NCBI GenBank assembly: GCA_031363115.1
Contig: JANLTT010000294.1
Span: 1 to 48,918 of the forward strand
Length of the DNA stretch: 48,918 bases
DNA from: Gemmatimonas sp.
Lineage (GTDB): Bacteria; Gemmatimonadota; Gemmatimonadetes; Gemmatimonadales; Gemmatimonadaceae
Direction: 5' to 3'
Part shown: piece after piece, positions 34,396 through 44,017 of the stretch
Layout of the letters: each line of letters starts with the position of its first letter
Position numbering within the stretch: the first letter of the stretch is position 1
Made by a program: the position numbers and the translations under genes
Notes under the pieces: generated by a model
Told to the model about the DNA's origin: nothing
The model's database searches: none
What the model saw: the letters and a program-made list of their open reading frames with translations, nothing else

Positions 34396-34892
34396 ACGCA
34401 CGAGTCGGATGCCTAGCCTGTGCGCTCCTCGTGACTGGGGCGACCCTTGAGGCGCAGCAGGCGCGCCCACCGCTGAGCGCTGGACGTGTGACGGCCGAGA
34501 TCGTGGTGGGCACCTACGCCGGCATCGGCGGTTTCATTGTGGGGCGATACGTCGGAGAGCGTGTTGGTGAGGTGATGGGCGTGACGTCCGAGGACACGCG
34601 TCGCCGTCTCGGCTACGCCTCGGGCATCTTTGCCGGCGGCCTCGTCACCGCTGGCAGTGTCTACGGCATTGGCAGCATGGGCGAACAGACGGGCGATTTC
34701 GCGACCACCTACCTTGGCACCGGTGTGGGCTTCGTTGCCGCGTGGGCCCTGTCGCGCACGATTCTCGGGCCGAGCGAACGTCCACGAAGTGGGTACAGCA
34801 CCGCGGGCCGTTGGGCGATCGCCAACACCATCGCCTTCCTGCCGTCCCTCGGTGCCACGATTGCATTCAACTCCACGCGCCGCGCGAAGTAA
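34392..34892 (+). CDS. Hypothetical Gly-rich membrane protein
   Basis: GTGA overlap with thrS, signal-like N-terminus, several GxxxG hydrophobic helices. Confidence 0.6.
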   Translation: MNARVGCLACALLVTGATLEAQQARPPLSAGRVTAEIVVGTYAGIGGFIVGRYVGERVGEVMGVTSEDTRRRLGYASGIFAGGLVTAGSVYGIGSMGEQTGDFATTYLGTGVGFVAAWALSRTILGPSERPRSGYSTAGRWAIANTIAFLPSLGATIAFNSTRRAK

Positions 34893-34913
34893 TCGCGCGG
34901 CGTTTCTCATTTT
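34878..34913 (+). terminator. Intrinsic terminator-like hairpin
   Basis: CGCCGCGCGA-AGTAA-TCGCGCGGCG followed by TTTCTCATTTT. Confidence 0.65.
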
Positions 34914-34927
34914 CCGAGTCTGATTCC

Positions 34928-36139
34928 ATGTCCGCTGATCGCACTGCCGTCATTGTGTCCGCTGCACGCACTCCCATCGGACGTTTCCTCGGCGGGCTGG
35001 CCCCGCTCACGGCGCCGGAGCTTGGCGCGGTCGCGATTCGCGAAGCCATGCTGCGCGGGAAGATTGACCCGTCGGCCATCGGCGAAGTGATCATGGGGAA
35101 TGTGTTGCAGGCGGGGGTCGGACAGGCACCGGCGCGCCAGGCGGCCATCAAGGCGGGCGTGCCGGGCATCGTACCTGCGTACACGGTGAACAAGGTCTGC
35201 GGCTCGGGGCTGCAGGCCGTGATGCTCGCGGCGCAGGCGATTCGTGCGGGGGATGAGCAGTTGCTGATCGCCGGCGGCCAGGAATCCATGAGCAACGCGC
35301 CGCACTACGTGCGCGGCATGCGCAACGGCGTGAAGTTCGGTGCGCAGACGATGCAGGACGGGCTGATCACGGACGGCCTCTGGTGCGCTTTCTATGATCG
35401 GCACATGGGTGGCCACGCCGAGTATACGGCGAAGAAGGCGGGCATCTCGCGTGCGCGGCAGGATGAGTTTGCTTTTGCGTCGCACCAGAAGGCGGTGGCG
35501 GCCATTGAGGGCGGCAAGTTCAAGGCGGAGATTGCGCCGGTCGAGATTGCGGGGAAGAAGCCCGTGGTGATTGATACCGACGAATCGCCGCGCAAGGACA
35601 CGTCGATGGAGGCGCTCGCGAAGTTGCGTCCGGCTTTCCCGAAGGATGCGCCAAAGGACATGACGCCCGAGGAGCTCACGGTGACGGCGGGCAATGCGCC
35701 GGGGCTGAACGATGGCGCGGCCGCGCTGGTGGTGGCCTCGGAGGCGTATGCCAAGGCGCACGGGCTGCCGATTCTTGCGCGCATCACCGGCTATGCGTCG
35801 GGGGGCGGCGATCCGCAGGATCTCTTCTTTGCGCCAATCGTTGCGGTGAACAACTTGATGAAGAAGACGGGCGCGAAGATTGGCGACTACGATCTTATCG
35901 AAGCGAACGAGGCCTTTGCGTCGCAGGCACTCGCCGATGGCGACGGGCTTGGCTGGGCGTGGGACCGCGTCAACGTGAATGGCGGGGCGATTGCGCTTGG
36001 GCACCCGATTGGCGCGTCGGGCGCACGCGTGCTCGTGACGTTGTTGCATGCGCTGAGTGCGCACGGGAAGCGGACCGGTATGGCGACGCTCTGCTTGGGC
36101 GGCGGCAACGCGGTGGCGCTTTCGGTCGAGATGGTCTAA
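34928..36139 (+). CDS. atoB: Acetyl-CoA C-acetyltransferase (thiolase)
   Basis: RTPIG, NKVCGSG, GG.ESMS, TAGNA.G.NDGAAA, EANEAFA, GGAIALGHPIGASG, LCLGGG. Confidence 0.9.
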   Translation: MSADRTAVIVSAARTPIGRFLGGLAPLTAPELGAVAIREAMLRGKIDPSAIGEVIMGNVLQAGVGQAPARQAAIKAGVPGIVPAYTVNKVCGSGLQAVMLAAQAIRAGDEQLLIAGGQESMSNAPHYVRGMRNGVKFGAQTMQDGLITDGLWCAFYDRHMGGHAEYTAKKAGISRARQDEFAFASHQKAVAAIEGGKFKAEIAPVEIAGKKPVVIDTDESPRKDTSMEALAKLRPAFPKDAPKDMTPEELTVTAGNAPGLNDGAAALVVASEAYAKAHGLPILARITGYASGGGDPQDLFFAPIVAVNNLMKKTGAKIGDYDLIEANEAFASQALADGDGLGWAWDRVNVNGGAIALGHPIGASGARVLVTLLHALSAHGKRTGMATLCLGGGNAVALSVEMV

Positions 36140-36159
36140 GCCGGGCGCGGAATTAGACG

Positions 36160-37032
36160 ATGCCTCCGACGCGGTCGTTGTCCACCGATGTCAAACGCAT
36201 TCTGTTGCGGCTTGTGGCGTTCGGACTGCTCAGCGCGACCCTCATTGTCGTGGTCGGCTTTGTGCTCAAGCCCGCCTTCCCGACTGGGCTGCCGTTCGGG
36301 CGCGCTGGTGAGGTGCTCTACTTCCTGATTCTTGGGCTATCGCTCGGGCTCACGCACTTGGCGGCGGCCTTCTGGGAGAAGAGCGGTGACTGGGACGTCC
36401 TTGGTTTTGCGCCGGAGGGGTGGAACCCGCGGCGCGTTGGGTTGGCGCTCGTTGCCGGCCTTGGCATCGTGCTGGTGCCGGCGGGGCTGCTGCTCGCCGT
36501 CGGACTGGTGCGCATACAGCCGATGCCGGACGGCGCCTGGTTGAGCTACGCCGTGGATGTGCTGGTCGTCTCTGCGCTCGCGACGCTCGTGGACGCGTTG
36601 GCATTCCGAGGCTATTTACACGGGTTGTTGGAGCGGCGCTGGGGCTCGTGGGTCGCCGTGGGTGTCTCGATGACGCTCTTCACGCTCATCCATGCGGCTG
36701 GCAATCCGATGAGCCTGACGCAGCTGTTGGCCATGCTCGCGCTTGGCGCATTCCTTGGCGCGGTACGCGCGCGGTCACAAGGCGTCGCCGCCTCGTGGAT
36801 GGCGCATTTCGGGATGTATTGGGCGCAGGGAGCGCTCCTCCACTCCGGCATCGCGATGCTCGAGCTTGAAGCGCCGCCGCTCTACCGCATGATCCTGGGC
36901 CCGCCGTGGTTCCTGACGGGGGCGGGGTGGGGTGTTGACGGCGGACTCGCCGTGGCCATCTGTCTCTTCGGTGCCGCCTGGTTCCTCATGCGGCCGCTGC
37001 CGTTCGTTCCTCCGCCAGCGCCGCGTCCGTAG
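36160..37032 (+). CDS. CPBP (CAAX protease/Abi)-like membrane protein with a degenerate catalytic motif
   Basis: Multi-TM; 'DALAFRGYL' in place of EE..FRGY, F...H, H motif, L.G..WG.DGG. Confidence 0.7.
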   Translation: MPPTRSLSTDVKRILLRLVAFGLLSATLIVVVGFVLKPAFPTGLPFGRAGEVLYFLILGLSLGLTHLAAAFWEKSGDWDVLGFAPEGWNPRRVGLALVAGLGIVLVPAGLLLAVGLVRIQPMPDGAWLSYAVDVLVVSALATLVDALAFRGYLHGLLERRWGSWVAVGVSMTLFTLIHAAGNPMSLTQLLAMLALGAFLGAVRARSQGVAASWMAHFGMYWAQGALLHSGIAMLELEAPPLYRMILGPPWFLTGAGWGVDGGLAVAICLFGAAWFLMRPLPFVPPPAPRP

Positions 37033-37082
37033 ATCGGGCGGTTTCAGGGAGAATCGCCCCTCCGGCGGGGTGCCAGAACGGT

Positions 37083-37088
37083 TAGTTT
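37083..37088 (+). promoter_or_regulatory. Putative -10 box (TAGTTT) 6 nt before the hbd ATG (leaderless)
   Basis: TAGTTT-tcttgg-ATG(37095). Confidence 0.5.
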
Positions 37089-37094
37089 TCTTGG

Positions 37095-37952
37095 ATGCCG
37101 AATACCGACCGTTTTGCCGTGATCGGTGCGGGTCAGATGGGCAATGGAATCGCCCACGTCTGCGCGATCAGCGGCTTTGATGTCACGATGATTGATGTTT
37201 CGTCCGAGGCCCTCGCCAGGGGGCGCGCGACCATCGAAAAGAACCTCGAGCGCCAGGTGAAGAAGGGCGCGCTCGAAGCCGCCGCGCGCGACGCCGCGCT
37301 CGCTCGCCTCACGGAGAGCACCTCGATGGACGCCGTCGCCGACGCGACGATCGTCGTCGAGGCCGCGACCGAACGGAAGGATCTCAAGTTCCAGATCTTC
37401 CGTGAGATTGATCGCCTCGCCCCCGCCGGTGCCATCCTCGCCACCAACACGAGCTCGATTTCCATCACGGAGATCGCCGCCGTCACCAAGCGCCCCGAGT
37501 TGGTCATCGGCATGCACTTCATGAACCCCGTGCCGGTGATGCAGCTCGTCGAAGTGATTCGTGGGCTCGCGACCTCCGAGGCGACGACCGCCAAGACCGT
37601 TGCGCTCGCGCAGGCACTCGGCAAGACGCCTGTCGAGGCGAATGATTTTCCCGGCTTCATCGCGAATCGCATTCTGATGCCGATGATCAACGAGGCCTGC
37701 TACGCCGTCATGGAAGGGGTGGGCACGCCCGAAGCGGTGGACCAGGTGATGAAGCTCGGCATGAATCATCCGATGGGCCCGCTGACGCTCGCCGACTTCA
37801 TTGGCCTCGATACCTGCGTCGCGATTCTCGAGGTGCTTCACGAGGGACTCGGCGACCCGAAGTATCGCCCGTGCCCCCTGCTCAAGAAGTATGTCGCCGC
37901 CGGCTGGTATGGCCGCAAGAGCGGCCGCGGCTTCTACACCTACACCCCGTAA
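37095..37952 (+). CDS. hbd: 3-hydroxybutyryl-CoA dehydrogenase
   Basis: [50 protein letters not shown]. Confidence 0.93.
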   Translation: MPNTDRFAVIGAGQMGNGIAHVCAISGFDVTMIDVSSEALARGRATIEKNLERQVKKGALEAAARDAALARLTESTSMDAVADATIVVEAATERKDLKFQIFREIDRLAPAGAILATNTSSISITEIAAVTKRPELVIGMHFMNPVPVMQLVEVIRGLATSEATTAKTVALAQALGKTPVEANDFPGFIANRILMPMINEACYAVMEGVGTPEAVDQVMKLGMNHPMGPLTLADFIGLDTCVAILEVLHEGLGDPKYRPCPLLKKYVAAGWYGRKSGRGFYTYTP

Positions 37953-37953
37953 G

Positions 37954-39147
37954 ATGACGACGACGATGGCGGGCGAGACGCTGATTCATCGCGGCATCAC
38001 GGCGATGACGGAGGAGCAGGCGGCGATTGTCGAGACGGCCAAGCAGTTTGCCGACGAGCATGTGCGCCCCTTCGCCGCGCAGTGGGATCGCGATGCACAC
38101 TTTGAGCCGTCGCTGGTGAAAAAGCTCGGCGATCTCGGATTTCTCGGCATGTTGTTGCCGCAGGAGTACGAAGGGCTCGGACTCGATTCCATGACCTACC
38201 TGCTCGCGCTTGAGGAGATTGCGGCGGCTGACGCCAGCGTGGCCGTGATGCTCTCGGTGCACAACTCGTTGCCGACGGTGATGCTGAACACCCACGGCAC
38301 CGAGGCGCAAAAGGCCACGTTTCTCGCGCCGCTGGCGAAGGGCGATTTGCTCGGGGCCTTCGCGCTCTCCGAGGCCGATGCGGGCTCCGATGCGTCGGCG
38401 ATTCGCTGTCAGGCCGTGCGAGACGGCACCGATTGGATCATCAACGGCAGCAAGTCGTGGATCACGAGCGGTACGCACGCCGGTGTCGTGATTGCGATGA
38501 TTCGCACCGACACCCCTGAGGCCCCGCGTCGCTCCAAGGGCATCTCGGCCTTCATCCTCACGCCGAACCTTGCCGGCTTTCATATTGGGAAGAAGGAAGA
38601 CAAGCTCGGCATGCGCGCGTCGCCGACGGTGCAGCTGACCTTCGATAACATGCGCGTCCCTGGCGATCGACTGCTCGGCGCCGAAGGGATGGGCTTCATC
38701 TACGCCATGCAGTCGCTCGAACACGGGCGCATGGGCATCGCCGCGCAGGCCATCGGCATTGCCCGTGCCGCGTTTGAGGCGGCCGTCGCGTACGCGAACG
38801 AACGCAAGCAGTTCGGGCGCCCGATCGCCGAGTTTCAGGGCGTACAGTTCAAGTTGGCGGACATGGCGACGCGCATCACCGCGGCGCGGGCGATGCTGCA
38901 TCAGACCGCGGCCGCAAAGGACCGCGGGGTGGACGTGGCCGCGGAGTCGTCCATGTGCAAGCTCTTTGCGAGCGAGACGGCCATGTGGGTCACCACGCAG
39001 GCCGTGCAGGTGTTCGGCGGCTACGGCTATGTGAAGGACTATCCCGTCGAGCGGTACTTCCGTGACGCCAAGGTCACGGAGATTTACGAAGGCACGAGTG
39101 AGATTCAGCGCGTTGTCATTGGGCGGGCGGTGTCTTCTGGGATGTAG
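37954..39147 (+). CDS. Acyl-CoA dehydrogenase (short/branched chain)
   Basis: FALSE..AGSD, NG.K.WIT, K.DKLG.RAS.T, GR.GIAAQA.G, R.QFG, GGYGY...YP.ER..RDAK...IYEGT.EIQ. Confidence 0.93.
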   Translation: MTTTMAGETLIHRGITAMTEEQAAIVETAKQFADEHVRPFAAQWDRDAHFEPSLVKKLGDLGFLGMLLPQEYEGLGLDSMTYLLALEEIAAADASVAVMLSVHNSLPTVMLNTHGTEAQKATFLAPLAKGDLLGAFALSEADAGSDASAIRCQAVRDGTDWIINGSKSWITSGTHAGVVIAMIRTDTPEAPRRSKGISAFILTPNLAGFHIGKKEDKLGMRASPTVQLTFDNMRVPGDRLLGAEGMGFIYAMQSLEHGRMGIAAQAIGIARAAFEAAVAYANERKQFGRPIAEFQGVQFKLADMATRITAARAMLHQTAAAKDRGVDVAAESSMCKLFASETAMWVTTQAVQVFGGYGYVKDYPVERYFRDAKVTEIYEGTSEIQRVVIGRAVSSGM

Positions 39148-39238
39148 GATGGAGGATGGAGGATGAAAGATCCTCTGGTTGACATCCCATCCATCATCCC
39201 GCTCCAACGTTTTCTTCCTTCATCCTTCAGCCTCCATC
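39141..39238. repeat. Heptamer inverted-repeat element, copy 2
   Basis: GATGTAG GATGGAG GATGGAG GATGAAA (39141-39168) ... TTTCTTC CTTCATC CTTCAGC CTCCATC (39211-39238). Confidence 0.8.
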
Positions 39239-39247
39239 CGCAGTCAT

Positions 39248-40324
39248 ATGAAGATCTTCGATACCATGTCCAAGCTCGGCCACGAGCAGCTCGTCATGTG
39301 CAGCGATGAGTCCGCGGGCTATCGCGGCATCATCTGCATTCACGACACGACTCTCGGCCCTGCGCTCGGCGGCACGCGCTTCTGGAACTACGCCACCGAA
39401 GAGGAAGCCATCATTGACTCGCTGCGTCTCGCGCGTGGCATGACGTACAAGAACGCGGTCGCCGGTCTCAATCTTGGCGGCGGAAAGGCGGTCATCATCG
39501 GCGACAATCGCACGACGAGCCGCGAGATGATTTTCCGCGCGCACGGCCGCTTTGTGGAGTCGCTCGGTGGCCGCTACGTGACCGCGGAAGATGTGGGCAC
39601 GAGCACGTCGGACATGGACTTCGTGCACATGGAGACGGAGTACGTGGCCGGGCTCGCGAACAAGTCGGGCGATCCATCGCCGGTCACCGCGCACGGTGTC
39701 TTCCGCGCCATCGAGGCCTCGGCCAAGCATAAGTGGGGGTCGTCCTCGCTCGGCGGCAAGACGGTGACGGTGCAGGGACTCGGCAACGTCGGGACCTATC
39801 TCTGCCGCGAGTTGCATGCGGCGGGGGCCAAGCTCATCGTCACGGACATCCGTCCGGAGCGCGTGAAGGCGATTGTGGATGAGTGCGGCGCCACGGCGGT
39901 GAATGGCGACGAGATCTACGCGGCCAAGGCCGACATCTTCGCGCCCTGCGCGCTAGGCGCGATTCTCAACGACGACACGATTCCGCATCTCAAGGTCGAG
40001 ATTGTCTGCGGCGGGGCCAACAACCAGCTGCTCGAACCGGAGAAGCACGGTGCCGCACTCGAGAAGCGCGGCATCCTGTACGCGCCCGATTTCGTGGCGA
40101 ACGCCGGCGGCGTAATCAACGTGTACGGCGAAGTCGCTGGCTGGACGCGCGAGCGTGCGTTGCGCAAGGCCGACGAGATCTACGAGACCGTGCTCGGCGT
40201 CTACAAGATCGCGACTGATGACGGCCTGCTCTCGTATGACGCGGCCGACAAGCTGGCCGAGCGTCGCATCGCGGCCGTGCATGGCATGGTGCGCACCTGG
40301 CCGCAGTGGCCGCGGAAGAGCTGA
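39248..40324 (+). CDS. Leucine dehydrogenase (Glu/Leu/Phe/Val dehydrogenase family)
   Basis: H.T.LGPALGG.R, L..GMTYK.A.AGL..GGGK, TAEDVGT, GDPSP.TA, QGLGNVG, G.ANNQL, PD...NAGG.IN; ATG 39248. Confidence 0.93.
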   Translation: MKIFDTMSKLGHEQLVMCSDESAGYRGIICIHDTTLGPALGGTRFWNYATEEEAIIDSLRLARGMTYKNAVAGLNLGGGKAVIIGDNRTTSREMIFRAHGRFVESLGGRYVTAEDVGTSTSDMDFVHMETEYVAGLANKSGDPSPVTAHGVFRAIEASAKHKWGSSSLGGKTVTVQGLGNVGTYLCRELHAAGAKLIVTDIRPERVKAIVDECGATAVNGDEIYAAKADIFAPCALGAILNDDTIPHLKVEIVCGGANNQLLEPEKHGAALEKRGILYAPDFVANAGGVINVYGEVAGWTRERALRKADEIYETVLGVYKIATDDGLLSYDAADKLAERRIAAVHGMVRTWPQWPRKS

Positions 40325-40326
40325 CG

Positions 40327-40788
40327 ATGGCCGAGCGCATTCCGATCGCGTCGGACCACGCGGGCTTCGAGATGAAGGAACATCTTTCGCGTGCGCTGCG
40401 GGAGCTGGGGTATGAGGTGGAGGATCTCGGCACGCACTCGCCGGCCTCGACCGATTATCCCGATTACGCACATCCGCTCGCGGAGCAGGTGGAGTCGGGG
40501 GTGGCCAAGCGCGGGGTGTTGCTCTGCGGCACGGGTTTGGGAATGTCGTACGCGGCAAACCGGCATCACGGCGTTCGCGCCGCGGTGGTATGGACGCCGG
40601 AAATCGCCGAACTCGCGCGCAAGCACAACGATGCCAACGTGCTCGTGGTGCCGGCGCGATTCGTCAGTGAAGAGGACGCGGTGCGCATCCTGCGCACCTG
40701 GCTCGATACGCCGTTCGAGGGTGGACGGCATCAGGGTCGTGTTTCCAAGATCGAAGCGACGGGCCATGCGCCTGCGGGGGATTCGTGA
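40327..40788 (+). CDS. rpiB: Ribose-5-phosphate isomerase B
   Basis: SDHAG, DYPD, CGTG.G, AN, R.HNDAN, F.GGRH..R. Confidence 0.95.
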   Translation: MAERIPIASDHAGFEMKEHLSRALRELGYEVEDLGTHSPASTDYPDYAHPLAEQVESGVAKRGVLLCGTGLGMSYAANRHHGVRAAVVWTPEIAELARKHNDANVLVVPARFVSEEDAVRILRTWLDTPFEGGRHQGRVSKIEATGHAPAGDS

Positions 40789-42062
40789 AGCCAGGATGGA
40801 ATCATTGGGAACGTCGCCTGCCGGGTGACGCCCTCAAGCAGACCGATCCGGAGATTGCGGCGCTTATTGCCGAAGAGACCACGCGCCAGAGCGAAGGGCT
40901 CGAGCTGATCGCGAGCGAGAACTTTGTCTCGCCGGCCGTGCTTGAGGCGATGGGCTCATCGCTCACGAACAAGTACGCCGAGGGGCTGCCGGGCAAGCGC
41001 TACTACGGCGGCTGTGAGGTGGTGGACAAGGTCGAGCAGCTCGCGATTGATCGCGCCAAGCAGTTGTTCGGTGCCGACCACGCGAATGTGCAGCCGCATT
41101 CGGGCGCGTCGGCCAATGCCGCAGTGTACCTCGCCTTCCTCAAGGCGGGCGACACGGTGATGGGGCTCGACCTCTCGCAGGGCGGCCACCTCACGCATGG
41201 CTCGCCAGTCAACTTCTCGGGGATCAACTATCGCGCCGTGCACTACGGCGTGAACAACGAAGGCATCATCGACTACGCGGCGATGCGCGAGACCGCGCGT
41301 CGTGAGAAGCCGAAGATGATCATCGCGGGCTACAGCGCGTACTCGCGCGTGCTCGACTACCAGCAGTTCGTCGATGCTGCCAAGGAGGTCGGCGCGATCT
41401 TCATGGTGGACATGGCGCACTTCGCCGGACTCGCGGCCACTGGGGTGTATCCGAGTCCGATTCCGTTTGCCGACGTGGTCACCACGACGACGCACAAGAC
41501 GTTGCGTGGTCCGCGTGGCGGCCTGATTCTCTGCCGCGCCGAGCATGCGAAGGCGGTGGACAAGGCGATGTTCCCGGGAACGCAGGGCGGTCCGCTGGAG
41601 CATGTGATTGCCGCCAAGGCGGTCGCCTTCCTCGAAGCGCTCCGTCCGTCGTTTAGGGACTACTGCGTGCAGGTAGTGAAGAACGCGCAGGCATTGGCTG
41701 GCGCGCTGATGGAGCGCCACGTGCACATTGTCTCGGGCGGAACTGACAATCACCTGATGCTCTGCGATCTGCGCACGCGCAACGCGGCGCTGACGGGCAA
41801 GGTCGCCGAGCAGGCACTCGACCGCGCCGGCATCACGGTGAACAAGAACACCGTGCCGAAGGAGACGCAGTCGCCGTTCGTCACGAGCGGCATTCGCATT
41901 GGCACGCCGGCGGTCACGACGCGCGGAATGGAAGAGGCGCAGATGGTGCAGATCGCCGAGTTGATTGACCGCGTGCTCGCCGCGCCGGACGATGCCGGCG
42001 TGACGGCGGCGGTGAAGAAGGAAGTGCACGCGATGGCTGCCGCCTTCCCGCTCTACCTGTAG
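40785..42062 (+). CDS. glyA: Serine hydroxymethyltransferase
   Basis: [54 protein letters not shown]. Confidence 0.98.
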   Translation: MKPGWNHWERRLPGDALKQTDPEIAALIAEETTRQSEGLELIASENFVSPAVLEAMGSSLTNKYAEGLPGKRYYGGCEVVDKVEQLAIDRAKQLFGADHANVQPHSGASANAAVYLAFLKAGDTVMGLDLSQGGHLTHGSPVNFSGINYRAVHYGVNNEGIIDYAAMRETARREKPKMIIAGYSAYSRVLDYQQFVDAAKEVGAIFMVDMAHFAGLAATGVYPSPIPFADVVTTTTHKTLRGPRGGLILCRAEHAKAVDKAMFPGTQGGPLEHVIAAKAVAFLEALRPSFRDYCVQVVKNAQALAGALMERHVHIVSGGTDNHLMLCDLRTRNAALTGKVAEQALDRAGITVNKNTVPKETQSPFVTSGIRIGTPAVTTRGMEEAQMVQIAELIDRVLAAPDDAGVTAAVKKEVHAMAAAFPLYL

Positions 42063-42066
42063 TCGC

Positions 42067-42453
42067 ATGCCTGAACTCGCGTTCCGCGATGGCGTGATGG
42101 ACCGGATTCGCTTGCGCGAAAACCGGTACGATGAACGCGCGTATCTGTTCATCCTCGCGGCGCTCGAGTACGTGCAGCACAAGTTGCCGGAACGTCGGCA
42201 TCTCACGGGGCAGGAACTCGCGGTGGGGTGTAAGGAACTCGCTCTGGCACGCTACGGCGTGCTCGCGCGGACGGTGCTCGAGCATTGGGGCATTCGAGCC
42301 TCGCTGGATTTCGGCGAAGTGGTCTTTGCACTGGTGGACACTGGCTTGTTGATGAGCCAGCCGCAGGACAACAAGGCGGACTTCGAGAACGTCTTCGATT
42401 TCCACGACGCGTTCGACCGCGCGTATCCCTGGAAGCCCCCGGCGGACGCGTGA
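42067..42453 (+). CDS. Minf_1886-family hypothetical protein
   Basis: Y...AY.F...AL, RH.TG.EL, .YG..A..VL..WG.....DFGE.VF.LV, D...DF...FDF. Confidence 0.75.
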   Translation: MPELAFRDGVMDRIRLRENRYDERAYLFILAALEYVQHKLPERRHLTGQELAVGCKELALARYGVLARTVLEHWGIRASLDFGEVVFALVDTGLLMSQPQDNKADFENVFDFHDAFDRAYPWKPPADA

Positions 42454-42481
42454 TGCCCCTGCTGCCGCACGGAGCCTTCTG

Positions 42482-44017
42482 ATGCAAGTGCGCGTTACGA
42501 CGGCGGCACAGGCGGCGGCACGCGATGCGGCGGCCATCAGCTCAGGAATCGCGTCGTGGTCCTTGATGCAGTCCGCTGGTGCGGCGACCGCGCAGGTGAT
42601 TCTGCAGCGGTATCCCGATGTGCGCATCAGCGGGGCCGTCGTTTACGCGGGAGGCGGCAACAACGGGGGTGACGCGTACGTCGTGGCGAGGCACCTCGCG
42701 GAGGCGCGCTGCCCGGTCTCCGTCGTTGCCGCCGGTGATCCCGGCACCGATGATGCGCGGCGCGCGCAGATCGAGGCGCTCGCGGTGGTCAACGAGGTCA
42801 GTGATCCGCAGCGCCCGTGCGTGATCATCGATGGGCTCCTCGGCGTGGGCATCAGCGGAGAGGTGCGTGCGGAGATCGCCGAGCACATTCGGGCGATCGC
42901 CGAGTGGCGCGCGCAGGGGGCGGCGATTGTCGCGCTGGATCTTCCCAGTGGGATGGATGCTGCGACGGGTGCCGGTGGTGTGGTCGTGCGCGCTGACCTG
43001 ACCTGTGCCTACGGCACCGTGAAGCGCGGCGTGCTGCTCAGACGCGATGAAGCCGGCGAGATTCTCTGTCTCGATATCGGACTCGGGCCGCACGCGGGCA
43101 TTCCAGACCAAGCACCCATTCTCATTGATGCCGACTGGGTGCGCGACGCCATTCCGGCGATTCCCGCGGACGCGCATAAGGGCGTGCGTCGGCGTCTCGC
43201 GATCGTGGGCGGTGGTGAAGGGATGGCCGGCGCCCCGATGCTCGCCGCGCGCGGCGCAATGCGCAGTGGGATCGGGATGGTGCAGTTGCTGGTCTCGCCA
43301 AACAACGTTCCCGTCGTGCAGGCCGCGCTCCCCGAGACGATGGCCGCGCGCTGGCCCGTCACCGCGGAAGACCAAAGCCGCGTGCTCGGCTGGACGCACA
43401 CCTTGTTGATTGGCCCCGGACTCGGGCGCACCACGATGACGCGCGCACTTGTTGAACGGCTCTTGGTGGAGTGGAAGGGCCCGGTCGTGCTCGATGCCGA
43501 TGCGCTGAATGTCTTCGAAGGGGAGCCGCGCATGCTTGGCTCCTTGCTCGGTGCGCGACCTGCGATTGTCACGCCGCATCCAGTGGAGGCGGGGCGACTG
43601 CTGCGCCGCACCGGCGCGATGGTGAGCGCCGAGCGCTTCACGGTGGGACTCGAGCTCGCGAAGCAACTTGGTGCCACGGTGGTCCTCAAAGGCGTGCCGA
43701 CGGTGGTGAGCACCCCGGATGGTCGCGTGGCGGTGAGTGCCGCAGGCAGCCCCACGCTCGGCACCGCCGGAAGTGGCGATGTGCTCGGCGGCATCGTGGC
43801 CACCTTGCTCGCGCAGACAGGAGATCCCTTTGCCGCGGCCTCCAGCGCGGCCTGGGTGCACGGCCGCGCCGGTGAGCTGGCGGCGATGCGTGGGTCGGTG
43901 CGCGGCAGTTCACTTGAGGATGTGGTCGCCGCGTTGCGAGAGGTGTGGCGTCTCGATGATCCGCTGCTCCACCCGCCGGTGCTCGCCTCGCTGCCATCGA
44001 CGGGTCGCGCGCGATGA
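42482..44017 (+). CDS. nnr: Bifunctional NAD(P)H-hydrate epimerase/dehydratase
   Basis: LM..AG, GNNGGD, D...G.G, D.PSG, HKG, IGPGLG, DADALN, TPH..E, VLKG, G.AGSGDVL.G, HG.AG. Confidence 0.93.
   Translation: MQVRVTTAAQAAARDAAAISSGIASWSLMQSAGAATAQVILQRYPDVRISGAVVYAGGGNNGGDAYVVARHLAEARCPVSVVAAGDPGTDDARRAQIEALAVVNEVSDPQRPCVIIDGLLGVGISGEVRAEIAEHIRAIAEWRAQGAAIVALDLPSGMDAATGAGGVVVRADLTCAYGTVKRGVLLRRDEAGEILCLDIGLGPHAGIPDQAPILIDADWVRDAIPAIPADAHKGVRRRLAIVGGGEGMAGAPMLAARGAMRSGIGMVQLLVSPNNVPVVQAALPETMAARWPVTAEDQSRVLGWTHTLLIGPGLGRTTMTRALVERLLVEWKGPVVLDADALNVFEGEPRMLGSLLGARPAIVTPHPVEAGRLLRRTGAMVSAERFTVGLELAKQLGATVVLKGVPTVVSTPDGRVAVSAAGSPTLGTAGSGDVLGGIVATLLAQTGDPFAAASSAAWVHGRAGELAAMRGSVRGSSLEDVVAALREVWRLDDPLLHPPVLASLPSTGRAR

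Noticed and set aside
39141-39238. Heptamer repeats as a CRISPR array
   Set aside because: 7-bp tandem units in inverted arms, no unique spacers, no cas genes.
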